From assembly GCA_003541285.1 (NCBI GenBank), contig DPMS01000234.1, positions 12,559-50,414 on the forward strand: a stretch of 37,856 nt of DNA. Direction: 5' to 3'. Shown here one piece after another: positions 1 to 9,185 of this stretch (positions are counted from its first letter, which is position 1; each line of letters opens with the position of its first letter). The translations under genes and the position numbers were made by a program. This stretch comes from Actinomycetota bacterium. GTDB lineage: Bacteria; Actinomycetota; Actinomycetes; Streptosporangiales; Streptosporangiaceae. Under the pieces are notes generated by a model. The model worked only from the letters and a program-made list of their open reading frames with translations. It was not told the DNA's origin and searched no databases.

Positions 1-1
1 C

Positions 2-1597
2 CTCGACCCGCCGAACCGGCTGGTCTTTCTGCTCGACCACGAGTACACCCAGCAGGGCCTGAGCTGGAACCGGCTCAAGGGAGCTGACGCAAAGCGCGCC
101 GCGCTGCTGCGCGCCGCGGCGGAGCGTGCCGGGTGTGAGGCGGTGCTGGCGCTCTCCGAGGTGAAGGAGACGTGGGACGCCTGGCCCTCCGACGGCGAAG
201 CATGGGACGACTACGACTATTACGACGAGGAGGATGAAGACGACGAGGAGGACTATGACGGCGACGGCGTCTCCCGGGACCGGGGCGGCGACCACGATGA
301 CTACCAGCTCAATGAGCTGATCGACGATGAGATCACCCTCGGCTGGTGGACCAGCCCGGACGGCACGGGCGGCGAGCCGATATCGCTGCACGTCCCCGAC
401 TCCGAGGTGTGTGCCACCACCCCGAGCGCGGACCTGGTGCCCTACCAGTCCGAATACGAGGGCTACATGGGCAACTACGGCAACACGCTGGACCGGTGGT
501 ACCGCCGGGCCGCGGTCGTGGTGTGGCCGCTGGACCGGGCGTTCGCGGCGCGCGCCGAAGCCGGGTCGCAGCGGGCGCTGTCGGAACTGCGCACCCGCAT
601 CGAGGCTGGAGACCTGGAAGGGGCACGTGCTGGCGCGGAGTCGCTCGCGCCGTTCTGGAAAAAGATCGGATCGCAGGCCGGACTGCTGGGCACGGCGCTG
701 CATGTGGCGGCGGGCCTGGGGGCGGCCGGGACAGCGGCGATGCTGCTGGAGCCGTTCCGGGTGGAGACGGTCGCGCCGGAGCACGCGGGTGGGCTGGCAG
801 CGGCCGGACAGTACGGCGAGGAGTGGATGCGCGGGGTCGTCGCCGGGTGGTTCGGGCCGGGGCACTACCTTGAGGCGGACCGATACGAGTGGGTGGAGAG
901 GCTGCCGGGGCTGTGCGCGGGGCTGCGTGCCGCCGGGGGTCCGGGGGTGGCGCGGCTGCTGGCCGCCGGCGCCTGGGGCTGGATGGGTGATCAGCTGCGG
1001 CTCTGGACCACCACCGCGCGGACCGAGAGCCGGCAGCCGCGACTGGAGATGCTGAGCTCGCCGCTGGTGCGGCTGCTGGAGGCAGCCGACCACGAGCTGC
1101 GGGACGAGATCGTGGCGGCGCTGGGTGGGTACGGGGACAGCGTGCTGGGGTGCCTGATGCCGGCGCTGCGTTCGGCGGCTGCGCTGCCGGCGGACGCGCG
1201 GCGGGCGGCGGGGCTCGATGCGGTCGCGCGCGACTGCGGGCAGCGGCTCGGCGCGGTGATCGCCCGGCCGCTGCGTGACGAAGACGACTGGTCGATCGAA
1301 TGGGCCGGGTGCGGGTGCGACCTGTGCGACACGCTGGGGACGTTCCTCGGTTCCCGGTCGCGGCAGATCTTCGGGTGGCCACTGGCGACGGACGGGCGGC
1401 GGCACGTCCACAACCAGATCGACTCGGCCGCGCTGCCGGTTCGGCACCAGACCCGGCGGCAGGGGCGGCCATACACGCTCGTGCTGACAAAGACCGGCGA
1501 GCTGTTCACCCGCGAGCAGGAGGCGCGGGACAAGGCCGTGACCGACCTGGCGTGGCTCACGTCGGCGTGGGGTGACGGCCCGCCGGGAACGTCTTGA
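2..1597 (+). CDS. hypothetical protein, 5'-partial (reading frame open to the window edge)
   Basis: The frame of ORF 143..1597 stays open back to nt 2 (LDPPNRLVFLLDHEYTQQGLSWNRLKG...). GC3 is high. It has a D/E/Y-rich acidic run (DDYDYYDEEDEDDEEDYDGDG), a YEGYMGNYGNTLDRWYRRAAVVVWP segment and a CGCDLC cluster near the C-terminus. I cannot assign a family with confidence. Confidence 0.6.
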   Translation, partial: LDPPNRLVFLLDHEYTQQGLSWNRLKGADAKRAALLRAAAERAGCEAVLALSEVKETWDAWPSDGEAWDDYDYYDEEDEDDEEDYDGDGVSRDRGGDHDDYQLNELIDDEITLGWWTSPDGTGGEPISLHVPDSEVCATTPSADLVPYQSEYEGYMGNYGNTLDRWYRRAAVVVWPLDRAFAARAEAGSQRALSELRTRIEAGDLEGARAGAESLAPFWKKIGSQAGLLGTALHVAAGLGAAGTAAMLLEPFRVETVAPEHAGGLAAAGQYGEEWMRGVVAGWFGPGHYLEADRYEWVERLPGLCAGLRAAGGPGVARLLAAGAWGWMGDQLRLWTTTARTESRQPRLEMLSSPLVRLLEAADHELRDEIVAALGGYGDSVLGCLMPALRSAAALPADARRAAGLDAVARDCGQRLGAVIARPLRDEDDWSIEWAGCGCDLCDTLGTFLGSRSRQIFGWPLATDGRRHVHNQIDSAALPVRHQTRRQGRPYTLVLTKTGELFTREQEARDKAVTDLAWLTSAWGDGPPGTS

Positions 1598-1797
1598 CGT
1601 CCTGGGCTATACGCCATTTCCTTACTGCACTTCACAGGACGCGTTCTGGCCGTGGCGGGCCGTGCCACCCAAAGACATTCTCCGGGTCGGGCTGGCGATG
1701 GTGGCTGTGCCTGCTGAGTTCTGCCGAAGCGGCGCCGGCCCGCCCGCGACCTGCCGGGACTGCGGCGCTTGATGGAGCGGCCGTCTCCGTTCGCCGG

Positions 1798-1974
1798 ATG
1801 ACGCACCCCTACCGGCCGCCTGAGCTGCTTGCTGGCCATCACGATGTGTCGGGGTTCGAGCGCCGGTCATGTGAACAGACGGACTGGCTGCGCCGGTCCG
1901 CCCGCCAGTCGGCGTCCACGGGGACGACCAGAGTGTTCGTCGTCGGCTGGCTGCTGTCCATCGGGCTCTATTGA
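1798..1974 (+). pseudogene. N-terminal stub of a TacT-like GNAT acetyltransferase toxin (about 58 codons, rest missing)
   Basis: MTHPYRPPELLAGHHDVSGFERRSCEQTDWLRRSARQSASTGTTRVFVV follows the N-terminal pattern of DUF1778-associated GNAT toxins (P-x-L-x-x-H-x-V-x-x-F...LDxWL(K/R)...G-x-(A/T)-R-(T/V)-F-V-V). The ORF stops at 1974, and only about 100 nt remain before recD2. A GNAT fold needs about 160 aa. Confidence 0.55.
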
Positions 1975-2127
1975 CGCGCCCGGTTTGCCTGGGCGCGCCT
2001 GCAGGCACCAGTTCGGGTTGCTTGCGGTAGGCCGTCAGCCTGGGCGTACTGCCGGAGGGACCCGTGGTTCCGGCCAGTGAGAGGCCGCATCGTGTGGAGT
2101 GGCGGTGGCGTCGCGAGGATCGGCAGG

Positions 2128-4425
2128 ATGTCTGGTGTGACGAGCGTGCGCCAGTTCCCGCCGGGTTCCGGAGGTGAGTCGGTGCTGGAGGCGGTCCTGG
2201 AGCGGATCACCTTCGCGAATGAGGAGACCGGCTACACGATTGCCCGGGTGGCGACGGAGCGCAGCGGCCCGGACTTGCTGACGGTGGTTGGGCCGCTGCT
2301 GGGGGCGCAGGTGGGGGAGAGCCTGCGGCTGACGGGCCGGTGGACATCACATCCGCGGTATGGGCGTCAGTTCGAGGTGCGGTCGTATTCGACGGTGCTG
2401 CCCGCGACGATCCAGGGGATCCAGCGGTATCTGGGGTCTGGCCTCATTAAGGGCATCGGCCCGGTGATGGCCGAGCGGATGGTTGCCCACTTCGGCGTGG
2501 ACATCCTGCGGGTCATCGAGGAAGAGCCGCAGCGGCTGGTGGAAGTGCCCGGGGTGGGCCCGAAGCGCACCAAGCTGGTCGCTGCCGCGTGGGAGGAGCA
2601 GAAGGCCATCAAAGAGGTGATGGTCTTCCTGCAGGGCGTACGGGTTTCCACGTCGCTGGCCGTGCGGATCTACAAGAAATACAGGGATGACGCCATCAGC
2701 GTCGTCCGCCGGGAGCCTTACCGGCTGGCTGCCGATGTGTGGGGGATCGGGTTCAAGACGGCCGACACTATCGCCCAGGCGGTGGGTATCCCGCATGACA
2801 GCCCGGAGCGGATCAAGGCGGGGCTGGCCTACACCTTGTCCGAGGCGGCCGATGATGGCCACTGCTACCTGCCCGCCACGAACCTGGTCACCGGTGCGGC
2901 GAAGATCCTCGGCCTGGGCCGGGAGCTGATCGGGCCGTGCCTGGAGGAGCTGGCGGCCGCGGGAGGAGTGGTCTGCGAGAGCGTGCACCCCGGCGAGCAG
3001 GTGCCAGCGGTGTATCTGGTCCCGTTCCATCGCGCTGAACGCTCGCTGGCCTCGGGGCTGCTGGAGCTCCTGCATGCTCGCGAGGACCGGATGACCGTGT
3101 TCCAGCAGGTCGACTGGGGCCGGGCGCTGGCCTGGCTGGGCAGCCGGACCGGGACGGAACTGGCGCCGGAGCAGGAGCAGGCGGTGCGGCTGGCGCTGAC
3201 ACAGCGGGTAGCTGTGCTGACAGGCGGGCCCGGCTGCGGCAAGAGCTTCACCGTCCGCTCCATCGTCGAGCTCGCCAGGGCAAGGAAAGCGAGAATCGTG
3301 CTGGTCGCGCCCACCGGCCGGGCGGCCAAGCGACTGGCGGAGCTGACCGGCCACGAGGCTGCTACTGTCCACCGGTTGCTGCAACTGCAGCCCGGCGGGG
3401 AGGCGAAATTCGACCGGGGGAACCCGCTGGACGCCGATCTGGTCGTGGTGGACGAAGCCTCGATGGTCGACCTCATCCTCGCCAACAAGCTCGTCAAGGC
3501 CGTGCCACCCGGGGCTCACCTGCTGCTGGTCGGGGACGTGGATCAGCTTCCCTCCGTCGGTGCCGGCGAGGTGCTGCGTGACCTGCTGGCCGCCTCGGAC
3601 GTGATCCCCCGTGTGCGGCTGACCAAGATTTTCCGCCAGGCGCAGCAGTCCGGCATCGTCGTCAACGCCCACCGCGTCAACGGCGGCTCACCGCCCCGCC
3701 TGCAAGGGTTCCCGGACTTCTTCTGGTTCACCTGCGACGACAGTGAGCAGACAGCCGCCCTGACGGTCGACATCGTGGCCCGCCGCATCCCGCGCCGCTT
3801 CGGCCTCGACCCCCGCCGGGACGTGCAGGTGCTCGCCCCCATGCACCGCGGGCCCGCGGGGGCAGGCAACCTCAATGCGCTGCTGCAGGAAGAGCTCACC
3901 CCCTCCCGGGAAGGGCAGCCCGAGCGCCGATACGGCGGCCGGGTGTTCCGGGTCGGGGACAAGGTCACCCAGTTGCGCAACAACTACGACAAGGGCGCAG
4001 CCGGGGTCTTCAACGGCACCGTCGGCGTCATCACCGCGATGTCCCTGGAGGACAGCATGCTCACCGTCTTGACCGATGAAGACGAGAGCGTTGATTACGG
4101 TTTCGACGAACTCGACGAACTCGCCCACGCCTACGCCGTCACCATCCACCGTTCCCAGGGCAGCGAGTACCCGGCCGTTGTCATCCCGCTCACCACCAGC
4201 TCGTGGATGATGCTGCAGCGCAACTTGCTCTACACCGCCATCACGCGGGCTAAGAAACTGGTGATCCTCGCCGGCTCGCGCCGCGCGCTGGCCGCAGCCG
4301 TGCGCACAGCTGGCGCTGGCCGCCGCCACACCGCCCTTACCCACCGGCTGGACCGGCTGGCGACCGCGGGCTTGTCTGGTCAGCAACGCGGTGACTGGGA
4401 TGTGAAGCGCAAGCACCGGGGTTAG
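2128..4425 (+). CDS. recD2: RecD2-type ATP-dependent SF1 DNA helicase (RecD-like/YrrC family)
   Basis: N-terminus LERITFANEETGYTIARV, helix-hairpin-helix region (GIGPVMAERMV, VPGVGPKRT), Walker A GGPGCGKS, Walker B VVVDEASMVD, and C-terminal HRSQGSEYP...LLYTAITRAKKLVILAG. The ORF opens at GTG 2077; ATG 2128 is the more likely start. Confidence 0.9.
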   Translation: MSGVTSVRQFPPGSGGESVLEAVLERITFANEETGYTIARVATERSGPDLLTVVGPLLGAQVGESLRLTGRWTSHPRYGRQFEVRSYSTVLPATIQGIQRYLGSGLIKGIGPVMAERMVAHFGVDILRVIEEEPQRLVEVPGVGPKRTKLVAAAWEEQKAIKEVMVFLQGVRVSTSLAVRIYKKYRDDAISVVRREPYRLAADVWGIGFKTADTIAQAVGIPHDSPERIKAGLAYTLSEAADDGHCYLPATNLVTGAAKILGLGRELIGPCLEELAAAGGVVCESVHPGEQVPAVYLVPFHRAERSLASGLLELLHAREDRMTVFQQVDWGRALAWLGSRTGTELAPEQEQAVRLALTQRVAVLTGGPGCGKSFTVRSIVELARARKARIVLVAPTGRAAKRLAELTGHEAATVHRLLQLQPGGEAKFDRGNPLDADLVVVDEASMVDLILANKLVKAVPPGAHLLLVGDVDQLPSVGAGEVLRDLLAASDVIPRVRLTKIFRQAQQSGIVVNAHRVNGGSPPRLQGFPDFFWFTCDDSEQTAALTVDIVARRIPRRFGLDPRRDVQVLAPMHRGPAGAGNLNALLQEELTPSREGQPERRYGGRVFRVGDKVTQLRNNYDKGAAGVFNGTVGVITAMSLEDSMLTVLTDEDESVDYGFDELDELAHAYAVTIHRSQGSEYPAVVIPLTTSSWMMLQRNLLYTAITRAKKLVILAGSRRALAAAVRTAGAGRRHTALTHRLDRLATAGLSGQQRGDWDVKRKHRG

Positions 4426-4644
4426 CCGGCGTGCCGCGCGAGTACCACGGTGGCGCCTCCCGGAGGCTGCCCCCGGGCGTTGGCCCGGGTCCGGCAAGCG
4501 TCCCGGCGCCACGAGGGCCGGGTACCCGGCGGCCGCGGGCCGACCGGATGCGGAGCTATCCGGCTGGCCCTGTGGGGTGGCATGGCCTTTGCGCCGACTC
4601 GCCGCGTTGCTTGCTGACGTTCGCGGGCCGGGAGCGGGAAGCGG

Positions 4645-4901
4645 CGGCCTGCCGGACGTGGTGCGGCGGCAGTGGGCTACGAGACAGGCGTGGTGTGGCC
4701 GGAGTAGGAGATGGCCGGCACCCGCCGGGACGGCACCACGCACCAGATGGCCGGGGTGATCGTGTTCGGCGTCCGCGACGGGCGCTTTGCCTGGGCACGG
4801 TTCCACCTGGAGCCCGTGCAGGCCGGATCGCGGACGTCAACGAGGCAGCGCGCCAGCACGTCCGGGCCGGCGCCGGGCCCGCTCCCGGCTCCGGCCGGTG
4901 A
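4645..4901 (+). pseudogene. decayed NTF2/SnoaL-like protein gene (in-frame stop plus frameshifts)
   Basis: Three frames splice into a family-like sequence: GLPDVVRRQWA / ETGVVWPE*EMAGTRRDGTTHQMAGVIVFGVRDGRFAWARFHLEPVQAG / RIADVNEAARQHVRAG. TAG at 4705-4707 sits where this family normally has Trp (VW-x-EW-x-x-GT). Family assignment is from memory of actinobacterial NTF2-like proteins ending ...RFY(L/M)EPV.... Confidence 0.45.
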
Positions 4902-5081
4902 TCGTCGTCGCCGGGGGCCCTCGTCAGCCAGGCCGTGACCAGCCCCAGCCTGCACAGCTGAACGTGCGGCTGGCTTTGCCAGCGGGACGGTATCGGCCTG
5001 GTGTGGCCGGTGCTGGCGGGTGCACGGCTTCTTTTGCCAGGCTCGTCACGCAGGCGGCAGGGGCCCTGGCATCCTCGGGCT

Positions 5082-6377
5082 ATGGACAAGGCGCTGGTGC
5101 CCGTGCGCGACCTCACGGACTCTGATCAGAACCAGGCAGTGCTCGACGTGGCCTCCGCCCTGGCCGAGGGCCGCGCGGCGGCGGGGCATGTCGCGGGCAG
5201 CCACGGTCCGGCGGTGGCGGCCGAGGCGGTTGCTGCGGCCCGCTCGCGGCGGACGCTGGGCGAGCTCACCGGGCCGGTCCATCTGAGCGTGGTGTGGGCC
5301 ATGTACGGCGAGACGAGCCGTATGGTCCCCCGTGCAGCGCACCCGCACGGGGAGGACTTCGTACGGGCCAAGGTCCGCCAGCTCGATTGGCTGACTGGTG
5401 GCCTGCCCGGCGTCACGTGGAGCATCATCGCCTGCGACGACGGATGCCCGGACCGGCCCTCCAGCGCCGACCTCATGACCGGCATCGCGGCGGCCGAGGG
5501 CTACCCGGGGAAAGGTCACCGCAGCGTGACGGTGCTCAGGCTGGCCGAGGTGATCGGGGATGACATCCCGGTCAGCCCCGCATTCGACCGGCTGATCTCG
5601 ACCGAGCAGTCCCGCAAGGGCGGATCGATACTGGCCGGGCTGGCCGCCGCGGTCGGGACCGATCCGGTGCGGGCGAACGGCGCCGGCCGGCACATGGTCT
5701 GCTACACCGACGCGGATCTGTCCGCGAACCTGGCCCAGCTGGGCTCGCTGGCGGCGCCGGTGGTGGCCGGTGACAAGGTGGTCGGCGCGCTCGGCCAGCG
5801 TTACGGGATCGACGGGGCGGTGCTGGTCCGGGCCGACGGGCCGGTCACCGAGCCGCACAGCACCGGCGGCAAGCCGGACAAGATCATCATCCTGTTCCGC
5901 CATTTCGTCCGGGCCATGCTCATCCCGCCGCTGGCCCACGTGCTCGACACCCAGGCCGGCTTCAAGGTCTTCGACGGGGCCGCGCTCGGCCCGGCCATCC
6001 GGCAGATGACGTCCTTCAACGAGACCTTCGACGTCGAGCTGCTCATCCATCTCGCCCAGCACTACGGACCACAGGCCCTGGCAGTCGAGCCGATCGTCTT
6101 CACCGAGGACTTCGCCGCGACGAACTTCCCCTCCGTCAAGCCCGGGCCGCGCCACCTAACGATGGTTCACCAGATCGTGGAACTCTACGACCGGCTCGTC
6201 GCACCAATCGCGCCCGTCACCGGCGAGGCGGCCGGCCTGCTCACCCTGATCAGGACGCTCGACCTCGACGACTATGTCACCTTGATCGAGCACCTTCGCG
6301 CCGAGGACCGCGACGACCCGACACTGTTCGACCGGCGATGGCCCGTGCGGCACCTCCGCGACATCCTCCGCCGCTGA
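5082..6377 (+). CDS. glycosyltransferase family 2-like protein
   Basis: LSVVWAMYGE...WSIIACDDGCPD (nucleotide-sugar binding region), CYTDADLS (DxD-like) and DTQAGFKVFD (the GT2 D-x-Q-x-GFK motif). The ORF opens at 5001; ATG 5082 (MDKALVPV) is the likely start. Confidence 0.7.
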   Translation: MDKALVPVRDLTDSDQNQAVLDVASALAEGRAAAGHVAGSHGPAVAAEAVAAARSRRTLGELTGPVHLSVVWAMYGETSRMVPRAAHPHGEDFVRAKVRQLDWLTGGLPGVTWSIIACDDGCPDRPSSADLMTGIAAAEGYPGKGHRSVTVLRLAEVIGDDIPVSPAFDRLISTEQSRKGGSILAGLAAAVGTDPVRANGAGRHMVCYTDADLSANLAQLGSLAAPVVAGDKVVGALGQRYGIDGAVLVRADGPVTEPHSTGGKPDKIIILFRHFVRAMLIPPLAHVLDTQAGFKVFDGAALGPAIRQMTSFNETFDVELLIHLAQHYGPQALAVEPIVFTEDFAATNFPSVKPGPRHLTMVHQIVELYDRLVAPIAPVTGEAAGLLTLIRTLDLDDYVTLIEHLRAEDRDDPTLFDRRWPVRHLRDILRR

Positions 6378-6658
6378 CACCCGCCATGCGCATCCCCAAC
6401 GCACGGCCAGGTCCGCGCGCAGGCCAGGGCAGCGCTGGAACGCGTGAACGGCGAGAACAGTGAGCGGCACGGTCTCTGGGCGGAAGCCGACTCGCTGGCC
6501 GAAGCAGTCGGCGCACTGAACAGCATCCAGCTCTGCCGTTAGTCGCCTTCGGCATACCATCGCGGATCGCGGCAGCAGCGGGAGAGGCAGCCGCCAGACA
6601 TCACCGCAGGTCACTAGGCATCTGGTTGACGGCATCCAACCTTGTATGCAGAAATGTA

Positions 6659-6688
6659 TTGACACTTGCATCCAGCGGTGGCGATACT
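6659..6688 (+). promoter_or_regulatory. candidate sigma70-type promoter of the permease operon, with a GntR-like TGT-N4-ACA element over the -35
   Basis: TTGACA (6659-6664), an 18-nt spacer, then GATACT (6683-6688), inside the only AT-rich patch upstream of 6803. TGTATTGACA (6655-6664) is a GT-Nx-AC type palindrome of the kind bound by FadR/GntR regulators. Confidence 0.3.
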
Positions 6689-6802
6689 CCTCTCCATCGG
6701 GTGGTGCTTACCGCAGGTAGTGACCCTAACCTCGGGAGCGGAGCGACCCGTCGAGCCACGAGCTCACCTTGGTTGGATTAGGGACTCGCCTGGAGGACGC
6801 TC

Positions 6803-8293
6803 ATGGCCTCGGATACCGTCACTGCAAGTCACTCCACAAACGAACTGAAGCGCAACGCGCTCGGGCTGCCGAGCACCATGGCGATGTCACTCGCCTTCAT
6901 CTCCCCAACGATCGGCGTGCTGTTCATCTCGGCGTTGATTGCGGGCAAGGCGGGCGTGGCATCCCCGTTCACATTCATCCTCGGCACGCTGGGCATCGCG
7001 CTCATGGCATCCACGCTGGCCCAGTTCACCCGCCGGGTGACGTCAGCCGGCACGTTTTACAAGTTCATCACGCTGTCGCTGGGGCGGCAGGTGGGCTTTG
7101 TGGCCGGGATGCTGCTGATGTTCGCCTACGCGTTGCAGAGCCCGCTGAACACCAACCTGTTCGGCGGGTTCGTGAGCAGCACGCTGAAGACGGATTTTGG
7201 TTTCAGCATCCCGTGGTGGGTGCTCATGGTGGGGATCGTGGTGTTCGTCGGCGCTCTGGCATGGTATTCCGTGCACACGTCGATGCAGTTCGACATCACG
7301 TTCCTCATCGCCGAGGTCACCGTTGTGGCCGGCTTGCTGGTGCTGATCGTGTTCAAGGGCGGCGACTCAGGCCAGGCCCCGCAGGCGTTCTCACCGGCGC
7401 AGTCCGCCAACGGCCTGGGCGGCCTGGGAGAGGCGTTCGTCTTCATCATTTTCGCGTTCTTCGGCTTCGAGTCGTGTTCCACCGTCGCCGAGGAGTGCCG
7501 TAAGCCGCGCCGCAACATTCCCATCGCCCTGATCGGCTCAGTGGCCCTCACCGGCCTGTGGTTCACGCTGGCCATGTACGCCATCGTCGTCGGGTACGGG
7601 CCGGCCCACATGGGCAAACTGGCCGCGGCGACAGCACCGCTGCATGACCTCGCCGTCCGCTACATCGGGCCGTGGTATGCCAACCTGGTCGATCTCGCCG
7701 CCGTGTCGGCATTGGTCGCCGTGCTCCTCGCAATCCACACCGCGAACTTCCGGGTGCTGTATTCCCTTGGGCGGGATGGTCTGCTGCCGAGGGCACTCGG
7801 CCGTACTCACCCGCGGCACAAGACGCCGCATGTTGCGATCATCGCCTACTCGGTGGGGACCCTCATCGTCGGCCTGCTCGCCGGAGTTGGATGGGGGCCG
7901 ATGAGTGCCTTCGGTAACCTTGGCTATCTGTCCTCGCTCGGCATCCTCCCGGTATTCATCGCCACCAATGTGGCGCTCCCGGTGTTCATGCGCAAGCGCT
8001 ATCCGGCCGAGTTCTCGGTGCTGGTGCATGTGGTGTTCCCCGCCTTGTCGAGCATCACGTTCCTTGCCGCCATCTGGCTGAACATCCACCCGTGGCCGCC
8101 GCCGCCGCTCAGCTACTTCCCGTGGATCATCGTCGCGGTAATCGTGGCCGCGGCCGTCTGGGGCGCCGTCCTGAGGCGCCGCAGGTCACCGGTCCTTGAC
8201 CGGCTGGGCAAGGTGATGTTCATAGAGGCAGAGTCCACACCGCAGCGCGAGGGCACCGCAGCCATGCCAGTGCCAGCACCAGCTGAGGACTAA
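6803..8293 (+). CDS. APC-family amino acid permease
   Basis: GGAGGA RBS before ATG 6803. 496 aa with about 12 hydrophobic segments, N-terminal LKRNALGLPSTMAMSLAFISPTIGV and FFGFESCSTVAEECRKPRRNIP (the APC signature region). Confidence 0.9.
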   Translation: MASDTVTASHSTNELKRNALGLPSTMAMSLAFISPTIGVLFISALIAGKAGVASPFTFILGTLGIALMASTLAQFTRRVTSAGTFYKFITLSLGRQVGFVAGMLLMFAYALQSPLNTNLFGGFVSSTLKTDFGFSIPWWVLMVGIVVFVGALAWYSVHTSMQFDITFLIAEVTVVAGLLVLIVFKGGDSGQAPQAFSPAQSANGLGGLGEAFVFIIFAFFGFESCSTVAEECRKPRRNIPIALIGSVALTGLWFTLAMYAIVVGYGPAHMGKLAAATAPLHDLAVRYIGPWYANLVDLAAVSALVAVLLAIHTANFRVLYSLGRDGLLPRALGRTHPRHKTPHVAIIAYSVGTLIVGLLAGVGWGPMSAFGNLGYLSSLGILPVFIATNVALPVFMRKRYPAEFSVLVHVVFPALSSITFLAAIWLNIHPWPPPPLSYFPWIIVAVIVAAAVWGAVLRRRRSPVLDRLGKVMFIEAESTPQREGTAAMPVPAPAED

Positions 8294-8344
8294 CTGCCGC
8301 GCAGGCGATCCAGGAGCGCACGACGACCCACAAGGAGACCTGAT

Positions 8345-9106
8345 ATGGGCAGGCTTGACAACAAGACCGCGCTGATCACCGGAGGAGCATCCGGCATCGG
8401 CCGGGCAATCGCCCAGCTGTTCCTCGAACAGGGAGCACGAGTAGTCGTCAGCGACATCAACGCTGGTGCGCTCGATACCGCGGTGAAGGAGCTCGCTGAA
8501 TCCGGCGTGGTGTCCGGCGTTGCCGGCGACGTGAGGTCCATGGCCGACGCTGGGGAGATGGTGCAGGCCGCCATCGATCACTACGGCTCGCTCGACGTCC
8601 TTGTCTGCAACGCCGGCATCACCAGCGTCATGCCTATTGAAGAACTCGGCGAGGACGAGTGGGACAGCGTGCTCACGACCAACGTCAAGGGCATGTTCAC
8701 GCTGGTGAAGCATGCCGTGCCGCGCATGAAGGCCCAGGGCGGCGGGACGATCGTGACCCTCGGCTCGGAGATGGGCATGGTGGCGGTGCCGGAGTCACCG
8801 GCGTACAACGCGAGCAAGGGCGCGGTCATCATGTTCACCAAGTCGATCGCGATCGACCTGATCCGGTACAACATCCGGGTCAACTCCCTGTGCCCCGGGA
8901 TCACCCGCACCCCGCTCCTGCAGGCTGAGGTGGACAACAGCCTGGACCCGGGGAAAACGGCGGCCGAGCAGGCCGCGTGGGCACCCATCCGGCGGGTGGC
9001 CGATCCGCGCGAGATCGCGCAGGGCGCGCTGTTCCTGGCCAGTGAAGAGAGTTCGTTCGCCGTGGGCAGCTGCCTCGTGCTTGACGGGGGGTTCACGGCC
9101 AGATAG
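8345..9106 (+). CDS. SDR-family oxidoreductase (short-chain dehydrogenase)
   Basis: AGGAG RBS; TGGASGIGRAIA Rossmann motif, NAGI, catalytic Y-x-x-x-K (YNASKGAV), PGITRTP. 253 aa. Confidence 0.9.
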   Translation: MGRLDNKTALITGGASGIGRAIAQLFLEQGARVVVSDINAGALDTAVKELAESGVVSGVAGDVRSMADAGEMVQAAIDHYGSLDVLVCNAGITSVMPIEELGEDEWDSVLTTNVKGMFTLVKHAVPRMKAQGGGTIVTLGSEMGMVAVPESPAYNASKGAVIMFTKSIAIDLIRYNIRVNSLCPGITRTPLLQAEVDNSLDPGKTAAEQAAWAPIRRVADPREIAQGALFLASEESSFAVGSCLVLDGGFTAR

Positions 9107-9185
9107 CCACCTGGGCTACGTGCCCACAGCGCGCTCGTGCGTGTGACCGCGCATACCAGACGAGAACCTGAGGAGTCGGACAGTA

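Noticed and set aside
333-1490. 385-aa minus-strand ORF and several plus-strand alternative-frame ORFs within the first gene
   Set aside because: The composition is extremely Arg/Pro/Ala-rich, as is typical of off-frame translation of GC-rich coding DNA. There are no motifs.
6156-6671. 171-aa minus-strand ORF spanning the end of the glycosyltransferase gene and the intergenic region
   Set aside because: Most of it is antisense to the GT gene. The intergenic part (…AELDAVQCADCFGQRVGFRPETVPLTVLAVHAFQR…) looks vaguely protein-like, but I cannot assign it. It is possibly another gene remnant, with insufficient support.
6689-6802. Possible riboswitch in the permease leader
   Set aside because: I recognise no conserved riboswitch core (glycine, lysine, SAM, TPP and others). 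Only a generic hairpin can be drawn.
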